Positions 35,338 through 44,218 of a DNA stretch of 64,000 nucleotides are shown here, piece after piece. Under the pieces are notes generated by a model, which saw only the letters and a program-made list of their open reading frames with translations, was not told where the DNA came from and ran no database searches. Location: the IMG/VR virus record IMGVR_UViG_3300027917_000018, positions 1 through 64,000 of that record; one strand, 5' to 3'. The stretch is from a virus (taxonomy: Duplodnaviria > Caudoviricetes). Each line of letters begins with the position of its first letter. Position 1 is the stretch's first letter. A program made the translations under genes and the position numbers.

Positions 35338-37280
35338 CGCTCCCATCGGTAGGTCGTGCCGTCTTTACCCTTCGTGGCCACAAGAATGTGGTCGGCGTAG
35401 CTCGCGGCTTCGGGGTTGTGCGTCACCAGGAAGATGACGGTTCCCGTGCGGTTTGCTGTTTCCCGGAGGTAGCTGAAGATGGCCCGCCGGACCACGTCGT
35501 CGTGGTTGGCCCCAACCTCATCGTACCACCGATAGCCGATCCTGGAGGCCGTGTTGCCGACCTCGGCCAGAGTCTCCGCCACGATCAGGTTGATGAGGCT
35601 GGCCTCGCCCTTACTGCTGCCCTCGGCTCGGCGGCAGCCTAGCTTGTTGGTCACACTGATAACCAGTTCGGCTTTTTCCTTGCCCGAAGCCAAGGCTCGG
35701 GTCGTCGAGTACCCGACTTGAAGCAGGCCGCCGGTCATCGCGTTGCTGATCCGCCTGGCAGTCTCGTTGAGCGGCCCGATAGCGTCCCGGAGGATCATGT
35801 TTGGAATGCCGGTCGGCCCGAAAGCCTCTTGCCAGTAGCCGACGACGCCCACCAGCTGTTCGGACTCGGTGACCTGCTGGGCGATCTTCTGGACGGCCTG
35901 TTCTGCTTTGGCTTTCGCCTCGATCTTCTCGCTCAAAACTGCCTTGGCCTTTTCGACTGCCGAGTCGCTGATGGGAGCCTCCGCCGTGGCCAGGTCGCGG
36001 GTCGCCGCCACCATCTCGTTGTGGGACCGCCGCTGGGCGTTTTCGAGGTCCTCGTAATCCTCGCTGAGCTGGGTAACGGGAGCTTGGTCACGGAGCGTCT
36101 CCCAGCGCTCTTCAGATTCGTTTACGGATTTCTCCGCCGAGGCTTTTGTCGTATCCTCGAAGTCCTTGGCTTTCGACCTAGCCGCTTCGAGCTTCTTCGT
36201 TGCCTTCTCAACGGCTGCTTCCTGGGCGGTGATGGCTTTTGAGCTGTGACCCTTGTCCCAGGGCTTGCCGCAGGTCGGACAGTTTTTGGGCGTGTCCTGC
36301 ATTTCCCGAAGCTTTCGCTCCTCAGTGTCCAGCGCCTGGCGAGCGAGCTTTCGGTCGGCCATCAGTTCGGCGAACTTGGCCTCGGCCTGCCGGAGCGCTT
36401 CGCGGCGTTCGCGGACTTCTGTTTCCAGCTTCTTTTCGGCGTCCGCGTTTTTGGCGGTGTTGACCTCAATCTGCTTTTTGAGCTTGGCCATCTGGCCGTC
36501 GCGCTTTTCGGCTTCGGCCTTGATCCGGGCGACGCGATCCTTGGCGGCTTTGACCCTGGCTTTCTGCTCAGCGAGCGCAGTTTCGTAAACGGTCTCGGCT
36601 CTCTCCACGGCCTGGGTGGCGGTTTGGACGTTGTAGTCGGCGGTCTCCAATTCGGCGTGCTTGCGTTCCAGGTCCTCCCGGTCGGAGCTTAGCTCCCTTT
36701 TGCATTGGGTAAGGCGGCTGGTGAGTTTCTGGTGGTATTGCGTCCACGGTGGCTGCATCAGGGCGGTCATGAGCAGCTCAACCGCGCTTTTCTGGCCGAG
36801 ATTGCCGAATTTGAGTTGGTCGCCGTCCAGGTGAACGGTCCACCCCGCAAGGTCAGTTGAGACAGTCAGCAGCCTTTCGAGGTCGGTCCTGGTGCTGTTG
36901 ATGCGGTCGCGCCAGACCTGCTCGCCGTCGTAGGTGAACCGGAGTGCCTCGCCGGTCGGGCTCAAGCTGGGGTCTTTGTAGCCCATCTCCACAAGCAACG
37001 GCTTTTTGGCGTGGATACATTCCAGGGAAACCAAGGTGTCGCCCTTGTCATCCCGGCTGTAATGGCCAAGATGGGCAAAGCGGCCAGGCACGCCGAGCAG
37101 GCATCGACTGATGGCTTCGCCCAATGCGGTTTTCCCCGCCCCGATGGACTTGAATCGCCCGTGGGCCGCGACGTTGGAACCTTGCACCAAAACCAGCCCG
37201 CGATCGGGGAACTGAAGCGCGGCCTCTTGGACTGTTTGCCAATTTCGGATCGTGATGGCCTTCAGCTTAGTCTGCGGCAT
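35334..37280 (-). CDS. SbcC/Rad50/T4 gp46-like ABC ATPase of a recombination nuclease
   Basis: Walker A G.N...GAGKT, long coiled coil with central CPTCG hook, signature SSKGE, Walker B YDE, H-loop LVTHN; start at ATG 37280. Confidence 0.88.
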   Translation of the reverse strand: MPQTKLKAITIRNWQTVQEAALQFPDRGLVLVQGSNVAAHGRFKSIGAGKTALGEAISRCLLGVPGRFAHLGHYSRDDKGDTLVSLECIHAKKPLLVEMGYKDPSLSPTGEALRFTYDGEQVWRDRINSTRTDLERLLTVSTDLAGWTVHLDGDQLKFGNLGQKSAVELLMTALMQPPWTQYHQKLTSRLTQCKRELSSDREDLERKHAELETADYNVQTATQAVERAETVYETALAEQKARVKAAKDRVARIKAEAEKRDGQMAKLKKQIEVNTAKNADAEKKLETEVRERREALRQAEAKFAELMADRKLARQALDTEERKLREMQDTPKNCPTCGKPWDKGHSSKAITAQEAAVEKATKKLEAARSKAKDFEDTTKASAEKSVNESEERWETLRDQAPVTQLSEDYEDLENAQRRSHNEMVAATRDLATAEAPISDSAVEKAKAVLSEKIEAKAKAEQAVQKIAQQVTESEQLVGVVGYWQEAFGPTGIPNMILRDAIGPLNETARRISNAMTGGLLQVGYSTTRALASGKEKAELVISVTNKLGCRRAEGSSKGEASLINLIVAETLAEVGNTASRIGYRWYDEVGANHDDVVRRAIFSYLRETANRTGTVIFLVTHNPEAASYADHILVATKGKDGTTYRWER

Positions 37281-37285
37281 ACTGC

Positions 37286-37300
37286 GTAGAACGTAGTTAA
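37286..37300. promoter_or_regulatory. back-to-back GTTCTA (minus) and TAGTTAA (plus) motifs at a divergent junction
   Basis: Only 24 nt separate the divergent ATGs 37280 and 37305; each has a motif 4-5 nt upstream. Confidence 0.6.
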
Positions 37301-37304
37301 GGCG

Positions 37305-38060
37305 ATGCGCGAAGCGGTTTTGCTTGCCAACATGCTCCTGGAGGCCAAGGCGGCGATGGTCCTGTACGGGCCGAAGCTGCCTGAGAACGGTCTTTACTTC
37401 CACGCCGACAGCGACCAGGCGCTTTCGGACAAAATGACGGCCTCGCTGCGCCCGCTCGTCCGGGGCCTGCCCGAAAAGGCTGACTTGGACACGCTCTTGC
37501 GGGTCCTGCAACAGTCTGGTTATCAGGCGATTTCCCGTGGCGTGGCCGGAGCAAAGGCAAAGCGGACCACGGCGCGAACTTACGGCCAGGGCATGCAGGT
37601 GACGCCGCGCTCCGCTCAATTGCTTGGGATCAAATCAGCCAGCGCAGTCCGATCCGTAAGCGATCCGTTCGGTCGCGCTGAGAAGACAACCGCAGGCCGC
37701 GTGCTTAAAGGCGCGGTCGCGGGCGAGAAGCCGGGGCGCAGACTGGTTCCAGGTTACGTCGGGTTTACGGCGATGACCAATCAAGGTCCCACGCCGGGAA
37801 TTCGCATCAGCGACGTGGAGGCCAACAGCCCGGCCCGTGACGGCAGGATTCGCCGGGGCGACATTATCACCGCCGGTCGAACCACAGAAGCGGGAAAAGC
37901 CAGTGCCTGGCAGGATATTCGCAGCATGGACGGCTACATGCGTTTCATCAGAACCTGGAAGGCAGGCCAGGGTGTTCAGTTCAAGTACGCACGCGGGGAC
38001 CGGGACGGAGAAACCCAGGTCATCTACCCCGTGCCGCCGGAAAGGGGTCAGACGTTGTAG
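37305..38060 (+). CDS. protein with C-terminal PDZ-like domain
   Basis: GYVGF...GIRISDVEANSPARDGRIRRGDII matches the PDZ pattern G+.+..V...SPA..G.+..GD.I. Confidence 0.7.
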   Translation: MREAVLLANMLLEAKAAMVLYGPKLPENGLYFHADSDQALSDKMTASLRPLVRGLPEKADLDTLLRVLQQSGYQAISRGVAGAKAKRTTARTYGQGMQVTPRSAQLLGIKSASAVRSVSDPFGRAEKTTAGRVLKGAVAGEKPGRRLVPGYVGFTAMTNQGPTPGIRISDVEANSPARDGRIRRGDIITAGRTTEAGKASAWQDIRSMDGYMRFIRTWKAGQGVQFKYARGDRDGETQVIYPVPPERGQTL

Positions 38061-38063
38061 GCC

Positions 38064-39230
38064 ATGTACCTCTACCTTTCCGAAAGACTCACGTTTGATC
38101 AGTTGTTTCGGGCCTCGGAGCCCAAGCGGATCAAGCGCAGCAGCACGGTCCGGGGACCGCCGCTCCAGATCACCGCCTACAGCGATCAGGTCTGGCATTC
38201 CTTCAATTTCAAGGCACACCCCAGCACAACCGGGCTGCGGCATCACGGCTACATTCGCTTTTACCGGCCACGGCAGGGGCAGTCGATGCCACTTCAGCAC
38301 GTGCCGTGTATGGTGGATTGCACGTGCCCGGATTTCCGGTACCGCTGGGCGTGGGTTTTGAAACAGCGGAAAAGCTCGATGGTGGGAACCACGAGCATGA
38401 ACCAGGCGCTGAATCTTCCGCCGGACAAAACCAATCCAAGGCGGCGAATCGGATTGTGTAAACATATTCTCGCCGCCCGCGATTACATCTACGGCATGCT
38501 TTCCGCGTTTCCCGGCGGTGAGAAAGACCCAGGCGAGACGCTGGTTCAATTGGTTCGCTACGGCCAGGGCCGGTGGGAGGACTTCCCCGCGCAGACCGCT
38601 CGCGCCAAGGAGCGTGAGGCATGGTTCAAGGCTGCCAAGCAGGCAAGAAATGCAGGGCTTCCCGTCCCGCCAGGCCCGCCAGAGCCTTATCGAATGCGCC
38701 TGGGGCCTGGAATTCTACCGGCAGCTGGAGAGGAAAACCCACCGGCACCGGAGAAAATTCCTGAACCCAAGAAAGGCGGCCCGGTGCTGCCCAAGCGGGG
38801 CAGGCCAACAACGGAACCGGGGCGAGCACGCGCCGAGCGACCAAAGCGTCCGGGTCGTCCAGGCCGTCCGGCCCGAGGAGAAAGTCGTGAAGTAGACTCG
38901 GCAAGTGTAGATAGAATGAACGGACCAAATTTGACGCGTATGAAACTGACTGAGGCCATCAAGATCGTCGAGGATGCCGCTGTGGATTTGCCACCGAGCG
39001 AGCCGCCCGTGAGCGATACCGCCGTTGGAGCCGACACGCAAGGCAACGTCGTCGTTCAGCTGCTGACCGACATCAAGGACTTGATGGGCCAGCTGGTCGA
39101 CCTCGAAGCGGGCGAGGAAGCGGCTGAAGGTGGAGAGGACCTGGAGACCGCTGTCGAGGTTCCCGAACCCGATGTCGAAGGCGAAGAGGATTTGGCGGCA
39201 CCTGCTGCCCGCCCTATGCCGCCCGAATAA
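38064..39230 (+). CDS. SWIM-type zinc-finger protein with low-complexity tail
   Basis: VDCTCPDF...GLCKHIL (CxC...CxH). Confidence 0.65.
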   Translation: MYLYLSERLTFDQLFRASEPKRIKRSSTVRGPPLQITAYSDQVWHSFNFKAHPSTTGLRHHGYIRFYRPRQGQSMPLQHVPCMVDCTCPDFRYRWAWVLKQRKSSMVGTTSMNQALNLPPDKTNPRRRIGLCKHILAARDYIYGMLSAFPGGEKDPGETLVQLVRYGQGRWEDFPAQTARAKEREAWFKAAKQARNAGLPVPPGPPEPYRMRLGPGILPAAGEENPPAPEKIPEPKKGGPVLPKRGRPTTEPGRARAERPKRPGRPGRPARGESREVDSASVDRMNGPNLTRMKLTEAIKIVEDAAVDLPPSEPPVSDTAVGADTQGNVVVQLLTDIKDLMGQLVDLEAGEEAAEGGEDLETAVEVPEPDVEGEEDLAAPAARPMPPE

Positions 39231-39257
39231 CCGGACGTAAACGAAGCTGAACTTGTT

Positions 39258-39707
39258 ATGATCTACCCTGGCGAATACCCGCAGCCGTTGCTGCGCACGA
39301 CCAATGTCAAGTGCCCCGTCGTGGCGGGTTACGTCACGGCGCGTCTTCAGGTTCAGGGCGCTCCGGGCACGATTGCAGTATCTGGCTATGCGGACAACAC
39401 AGTGATGGTACTGGCGCAGTCCGCTGGCTCAAACTGTCAGTTCCGACTTCAGCAGACCAACGACTACACTTCGGGACCGTGGGAATGGCTTGGTGTGGCC
39501 CAGGCTCTCGTTCCAGGCGGACAAAAGACCTATACGGTCACCCCGAGGCAGAAGTACATTGAGGTCAAGGGCCTGGCTGGAACGGGAGCTGTGAACTTCC
39601 AGCTCAGCAGCCGCTTGAAATGGGATGTTCTTGGCTTCGACAAGACCGATCCGTTCTATCCGCCATTCCTCTGGAACGCGAAGACCCCGACTACGTCTGC
39701 GGTTTAA
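39258..39707 (+). CDS. small beta-rich putative virion protein
   Basis: Beta-strand pattern; resembles 47566..47919. Confidence 0.55.
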   Translation: MIYPGEYPQPLLRTTNVKCPVVAGYVTARLQVQGAPGTIAVSGYADNTVMVLAQSAGSNCQFRLQQTNDYTSGPWEWLGVAQALVPGGQKTYTVTPRQKYIEVKGLAGTGAVNFQLSSRLKWDVLGFDKTDPFYPPFLWNAKTPTTSAV

Positions 39708-41013
39708 TGGCCTTGTTCGGGTCCTGGACCGTGAGGTAAACCCCACCGGTAAGGCTGCGGCCTTTGCTCCGAGTCAATGCGGAGTCTTGCGCGGCCTTCA
39801 GATTCAGCGGAACGCCCTGAGCTTTCTGTTCGCTTTGGAGGGCTTGTACACCCAGGGAGGCTAGCTCCGGCGCTACGCTGGGCTTGCTGTTGAACTCGCC
39901 CCGGCGCAAAATGTAAACGGAATAGATTGCGCCACGCCGAATCAGATGTTCCGCTTGGGTCACCAGGTAAACGCCGCCCCAGGTGCTGGAAACTTGCTCC
40001 TTGGGATTGATCGTGACCCGCAGGAAATCTCCGGCCCGAACTGGCGGCAGTTTCTCCACTGATAGCTTTATCTCGAAACACTCCATCCTGGAGGCTTCGT
40101 AGGCGTTCTGCGCGAAATTCTCCGGCTCCTCGGGCCGGTTGGCTCCCAGGTGCCACATGATGTTGCGCTGGCCGCCCGCGATCCGGTCAATGCGATGAAC
40201 GTTGTCGGCCAGGCGAAGGGCAAGGTCCGGGTCGCTGTTGATTTCCTTCTGAACTCCGCTGTAGGGATCGTACATGACCAGCCGCGTTCCAGCCGCCCCG
40301 GTGTTGACCTGATGCTGGCTGCGGTCGATCTGAACCAGCTTCATGCCGCCGCTGGAATTGTAAACGATGTCCAGCAAGCTGGCCTGGTACTCAGGGCTGT
40401 GAAAATGTACGACGTTGTCCCGAGCGAAGAACAAATAGTTTCCCCGGCCTTTGGCGCTGCGGGCCATGCGCACCAGGCGCTCCCGGATAAAGTCGTGGTC
40501 GGACTGGTAGCTTTGAATCCAAAGTCCGTCGCCCGTGGTCGGCTCAACCACCGCGTCCTGGTCGCCCAGCATGCGCTGAACAATCTGGCTGACAGTGCCC
40601 CGGTGGGCCACGGTTTTGTTGCCTCTGTCCGCCAGCCCCAGGATGCCCTTGGTCTCGATAACAATGAAATGGCCTGCGCCCGAACCGATACCCTCCTGCT
40701 TGGCGCGAAAAGTGTAAACGAAATGAAGCTGCCAGGGCAGCCAGCGAACATCGTCGCCCGATCCGAAGCCCAGTCTCCACCGAATCAAGGGCGTTCCGTT
40801 GGCCTGGTTCAGAGCCAGGACGGCGTCCACGTAATCCGGGGTTGACGTGCGCAGTGTGAACTTCGTGACCGCCTCGTCGTGGACGCTTTCGTGGATCGTC
40901 GCGTCCTCCAGCCGGACGACGTTGGCGTACAGGGGAAAAGTGCGCGTTTCGATCTTCAGCTCGAACTGGAGCTGGGCGTATCCCTCTAGCGGTTGTGAGA
41001 TGTCGACCGGCAC
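39691..41013 (-). CDS. baseplate hub protein (gp27/GpD/gp44-like)
   Basis: WIQSYQSDHDFIRERL...YLFFARDNVVHF (Q..+SD..F+..L hub motif); C-terminal GGVYLVTQAEH. Confidence 0.7.
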   Translation of the reverse strand: MPVDISQPLEGYAQLQFELKIETRTFPLYANVVRLEDATIHESVHDEAVTKFTLRTSTPDYVDAVLALNQANGTPLIRWRLGFGSGDDVRWLPWQLHFVYTFRAKQEGIGSGAGHFIVIETKGILGLADRGNKTVAHRGTVSQIVQRMLGDQDAVVEPTTGDGLWIQSYQSDHDFIRERLVRMARSAKGRGNYLFFARDNVVHFHSPEYQASLLDIVYNSSGGMKLVQIDRSQHQVNTGAAGTRLVMYDPYSGVQKEINSDPDLALRLADNVHRIDRIAGGQRNIMWHLGANRPEEPENFAQNAYEASRMECFEIKLSVEKLPPVRAGDFLRVTINPKEQVSSTWGGVYLVTQAEHLIRRGAIYSVYILRRGEFNSKPSVAPELASLGVQALQSEQKAQGVPLNLKAAQDSALTRSKGRSLTGGVYLTVQDPNKAIKPQT

Positions 41014-41023
41014 AACTTAACTA

Positions 41024-41323
41024 TCAAACCTCGTCGACGGCGGCAAAGTAGCGCTCCAGAGCGTCTTCCACGGCCTGTTCCAGAACCACGCTATGAAGCT
41101 CGATTGCGCAGTCTTCCGGCTCATCGAGGGCCTCGTGGAGCTGCCGGACGGTTTGCGGCGTGTCCAGGAGCAATTCACACTGGCGGGGATTGAGCAAAAT
41201 CCCCTCAGCGTCTTCCGCCAGATAGACTTTCATCCAGCTGTCCTCCAGGGTCACCACGCTGGAGTCGAGCGTCTCGGACTCCAGGTCATCCAGTAGTTGG
41301 ATCAGTGCGCTGGGCTTCTTCAT
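41024..41323 (-). CDS. small acidic hypothetical protein
   Basis: ATG at 41323, divergent from 41343. Confidence 0.6.
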   Translation of the reverse strand: MKKPSALIQLLDDLESETLDSSVVTLEDSWMKVYLAEDAEGILLNPRQCELLLDTPQTVRQLHEALDEPEDCAIELHSVVLEQAVEDALERYFAAVDEV

Positions 41324-41330
41324 CTTGTTG

Positions 41331-41337
41331 TAGTTAC
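41331..41337 (+). promoter_or_regulatory. TAGTTA-class motif at a divergent junction
   Basis: TAGTTAC 5 nt before ATG 41343; 19 nt between the divergent starts. Confidence 0.55.
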
Positions 41338-41342
41338 CTTGA

Positions 41343-41894
41343 ATGCTTTTTACTGAGCGAAAAGAGTTCCTGTACGATCCGGCGCTGTTCAGGCGGGCGG
41401 ACACTCAGACGGCCCTGAAATTCCACAGGGAACACACTGTCGCTTTTGCGCCACGGCCTTATCCCAAGTTTTTCGAGGCGGACCATCGGTCTCAAAAGAT
41501 CGACCATCTCTGGCACATGCCATTGGACAACAGAACGGTTTTCAGCCGAGTCCTGGATATTCCGTGCCTGAATAGCCACGAGCGGCCTCGGTGGAGCCAA
41601 ACCAAAGTCGGCCTCTACGCACAGAGAAACGACCGTTTCACGCTGTCCAACCTGATCCTCCAGGAGCTGGACTATTTCCCGGAGCGCGGGGACCAGGTTT
41701 ATTACAACGGTTACCGGTACATGATCGTGGACGTGGTACTGGAGCCCCAGGGCTATTGGCAGCAGACCAACGTCTGGCTGGGCCTGGCCGTTGTCTGCAT
41801 CATCCCGCCGGATGGGGATGCCCGCCCAGTGACCAATCCCGGCGAAGCCGTGCCCTCTGAGCTGTATCAAACCCGGCCATTGCCTGAAGCCTGA
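41343..41894 (+). CDS. head-closure/neck protein, gp14-like
   Basis: FPERGDQVYYNGYRYMIVDV...YWQ (P..GD beta-barrel motif), near a gp15-like gene. Confidence 0.55.
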   Translation: MLFTERKEFLYDPALFRRADTQTALKFHREHTVAFAPRPYPKFFEADHRSQKIDHLWHMPLDNRTVFSRVLDIPCLNSHERPRWSQTKVGLYAQRNDRFTLSNLILQELDYFPERGDQVYYNGYRYMIVDVVLEPQGYWQQTNVWLGLAVVCIIPPDGDARPVTNPGEAVPSELYQTRPLPEA

Positions 41895-42232
41895 TGTGGG
41901 AAAACTTGATCACCGATGAGGTCAGCCGGGCCGGAACTTCCGTTCTTGGAGATGCCTTGACGCCACCGGCTCGGGAGGCCGTGGCCCGCAATCTCTATGA
42001 CTGGCTGGTCCGGGCACCGAAGGCCAGCGTCGACAACTTGGAGGCCAGGCTGGAGCAAATGCGTAAACGAATTGACGCAATGACCGCTGGCTTGGTTGTC
42101 GGTTTGGACAACGGCGAACTCGTAGTTACTGCGACGGGCGACGCCGAGACGGTGTTGCGAATGTTTGAGCTGGGGACGGACTGGTTTCCGCCAGCTCCTG
42201 TAGAAGACATGATCTTTGCCGTGCTGGCGTAA
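41894..42232 (+). CDS. hypothetical protein
   Basis: TGATG-coupled 112-aa ORF. Confidence 0.6.
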   Translation: MWENLITDEVSRAGTSVLGDALTPPAREAVARNLYDWLVRAPKASVDNLEARLEQMRKRIDAMTAGLVVGLDNGELVVTATGDAETVLRMFELGTDWFPPAPVEDMIFAVLA

Positions 42233-42247
42233 CGTAATTAAGAGCGT

Positions 42248-42511
42248 ATGAACACCGAGCGAATCAAGAAGCTGATCGACGAGTGCGATGGCAGCCCCGA
42301 TGGGATCAAGACCACCGCCAATCGCATTCTGGCTGAGGATACGACCATCAAAGTCGGCGACGTTGTCGGGGTTGTCTCCGAGGACGAGTCGATGGGCATG
42401 GTCGGAAAAGGCAAGGTCCAGAGCTTCAGCGACGACAAGGCTTACGCCAACGTCGCTTTTGACGACGGACGCGTTGTTCCGATCCTCACCAACGGCTTGT
42501 ACAAGGTCTAA
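42248..42511 (+). CDS. hypothetical protein (small SH3/KOW-like barrel)
   Basis: IKVGDVVGVV...GKV...YANVAFDDG pattern. Confidence 0.55.
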   Translation: MNTERIKKLIDECDGSPDGIKTTANRILAEDTTIKVGDVVGVVSEDESMGMVGKGKVQSFSDDKAYANVAFDDGRVVPILTNGLYKV

Positions 42512-42543
42512 TCCTAGCCGTAGCGCCCGCCGTCCGCTTTTGC

Positions 42544-42572
42544 AGCCGGTCGTCGCCTGGCGACCGGCTTTC
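42544..42572 (+). terminator. probable terminator
   Basis: agccggtcg(tc)-gcct-(gg)cgaccggct followed by TTCC. Confidence 0.6.
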
Positions 42573-42596
42573 CATTTCCTTCATCCAGCCTGTCCG

Positions 42597-42603
42597 TAGT
42601 TAA
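42597..42603 (+). promoter_or_regulatory. TAGTTA-class motif (gp15-like)
   Basis: TAGTTAA 6 nt before ATG 42610, directly after a terminator. Confidence 0.6.
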
Positions 42604-42609
42604 GGCGGT

Positions 42610-44010
42610 ATGCCGCTTAACACGAATGACGGCAGGCTGGAACTTCCGACCGGCAAGGTTGACATCACCAGCATGCGCTACCACGAATTGTGGTTGCAGC
42701 GCTGGCTGTACCAGAGGTTTTTCGTGCGGGAAGGCTACCCGGTGCCGGTCGTTTTCGCCACCCCGATGGACGCCTTTGGCATGTTCAGCAGGCTGTGGCG
42801 GGACGACGCCAACCCGTTTGCCTATCTTCTGGCGCTCAAGGACGAAAACGGCACCCCGCTCTACCAGCCCTACCCGTCCCCGCTTCGGTATCCCCTGCTT
42901 TCGGTGACGCGAAAGAACATCAAATACCGGACGTACCAGAACTTTTCGATTCACCAGTGGCGGCACATCAACTATCCGACGATCAGCGATGCTGGCGAAG
43001 CCCTGGAGGGTAAGGAGCAACAAGGCGTCGACTTGACTCAGTGCGACCTGGGCAACGTGACCACGGCCCGCATGCCGATGGCCTTCGACTACCGGTTCCA
43101 GCTCGACCATTTCTGCATGCGGCCCGATACGCAGGCTTTTTACATCGAGCGCCTGCTGCGGCAGTTCTGGCGAACGGGCGGAACGCTCCAGACGTGGATG
43201 ACGATTGATTACCCAGGCTGGGGTGAGCAGTACGTGCGAATGTACCTGGAAGGGGATGTGATCGACCACCCGGCTCCCGAGGAAACGGAGGGCAAGGCCG
43301 TCGAATTCAGAACCACCGTAAACCTCGTGATCGAGGGCTTCAGCGTGGATACCGACTTCCAGGTGAAGCCGACGCTTTGGTACTACGTCTTTAATGCTGC
43401 GTCCCCGCAGGACCTTGAGGCTCTGAATTTGCCCGTCGGCAAGGTTGACATGAGGCCGGTGGCTGAAAATCCGGTCCTCGAAGACCGGGCCGACGAACTG
43501 CCTTCAGCCGGAACCTGCAAGGAGGAAGGAGTGATCGAGGCGTACACCGCCGCCGGGACACAGTGGGTTTATTTCGGCGACCCAGGTGTCCAGGTCGTTC
43601 CGCCCGACAACGTCTTTGGCCCGAACAACGACCCAGCCAGTTATCCGACCGACGCCCAGTTCCATCCCAGCGCCTGGTCTTACGGCATCGCCTCTACTGT
43701 GGCCTTTGGCACGCCGACTATCGACTACGGACCGCCGGTCGCGGCTACAAACGTAAACGGAACATTGGCTGTCGGGCCGAGCATCGATGTGAGCTGGGAC
43801 GATAACGCAGTGGGTGAGTACAGCTACAACGTCCTGCGGCAGACCAACGGCGCGGGCGGATTTTTCGGCATCGACAGCGTTCCGGCGGACTCGGTGGCGT
43901 ACAACGATCCGAGCGTCTCCGGCGGCAACTTTTACGAGTATGTGATCCAGACGGTGGGCGGTGGCGGTACGACGGATTCGGTTTCCAGCGGCACGATAGC
44001 TGTGCCGTGA
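42610..44010 (+). CDS. tail terminator/sheath stabiliser (gp15-like) with C-terminal fibronectin type III domain
   Basis: PVPVVFATP...YPLLSVTR...MPMAFDYRFQLD...IERLLRQF (gp15-like); SIDVSWDDNA..E..Y.V.R...Y.D..V...Y.Y.+ (FN3). Confidence 0.7.
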   Translation: MPLNTNDGRLELPTGKVDITSMRYHELWLQRWLYQRFFVREGYPVPVVFATPMDAFGMFSRLWRDDANPFAYLLALKDENGTPLYQPYPSPLRYPLLSVTRKNIKYRTYQNFSIHQWRHINYPTISDAGEALEGKEQQGVDLTQCDLGNVTTARMPMAFDYRFQLDHFCMRPDTQAFYIERLLRQFWRTGGTLQTWMTIDYPGWGEQYVRMYLEGDVIDHPAPEETEGKAVEFRTTVNLVIEGFSVDTDFQVKPTLWYYVFNAASPQDLEALNLPVGKVDMRPVAENPVLEDRADELPSAGTCKEEGVIEAYTAAGTQWVYFGDPGVQVVPPDNVFGPNNDPASYPTDAQFHPSAWSYGIASTVAFGTPTIDYGPPVAATNVNGTLAVGPSIDVSWDDNAVGEYSYNVLRQTNGAGGFFGIDSVPADSVAYNDPSVSGGNFYEYVIQTVGGGGTTDSVSSGTIAVP

Positions 44011-44197
44011 GGAGCACTGTAGTTAAGGCTGAATGTGTGTTGGACGTTTCGATGAATGGCGCGCCATTGCTAACGGTGAGAATCGCGGCGGAGCGGTTGC
44101 AGTCGCGCAAGCTGGGCTGCCCTCCGCAAGGCGGCAAAAAGCCCCGAGCATTGATTCGTTTACGCCGAAAGCAGATTCCGACGCGCCCGACGCAACG

Positions 44198-44204
44198 TAG
44201 TTAA
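44198..44204 (+). promoter_or_regulatory. TAGTTA-class motif (sheath)
   Basis: TAGTTAA 14 nt before ATG 44219; another copy at 44020. Confidence 0.5.
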
Positions 44205-44218
44205 AGCGAGAAACGAGT

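Noticed and set aside
35334-37619. 761-aa version of SbcC
   Set aside because: The extension overlaps the PDZ gene; the motif-bearing protein starts at ATG 37280, which has a GTTCTA motif upstream.
44007-44204. Small ORF before the sheath gene
   Set aside because: Two competing frames (44033..44200 after TAGTTAA, and 44007 or 44052..44204); cannot choose between them, so not annotated as a CDS.
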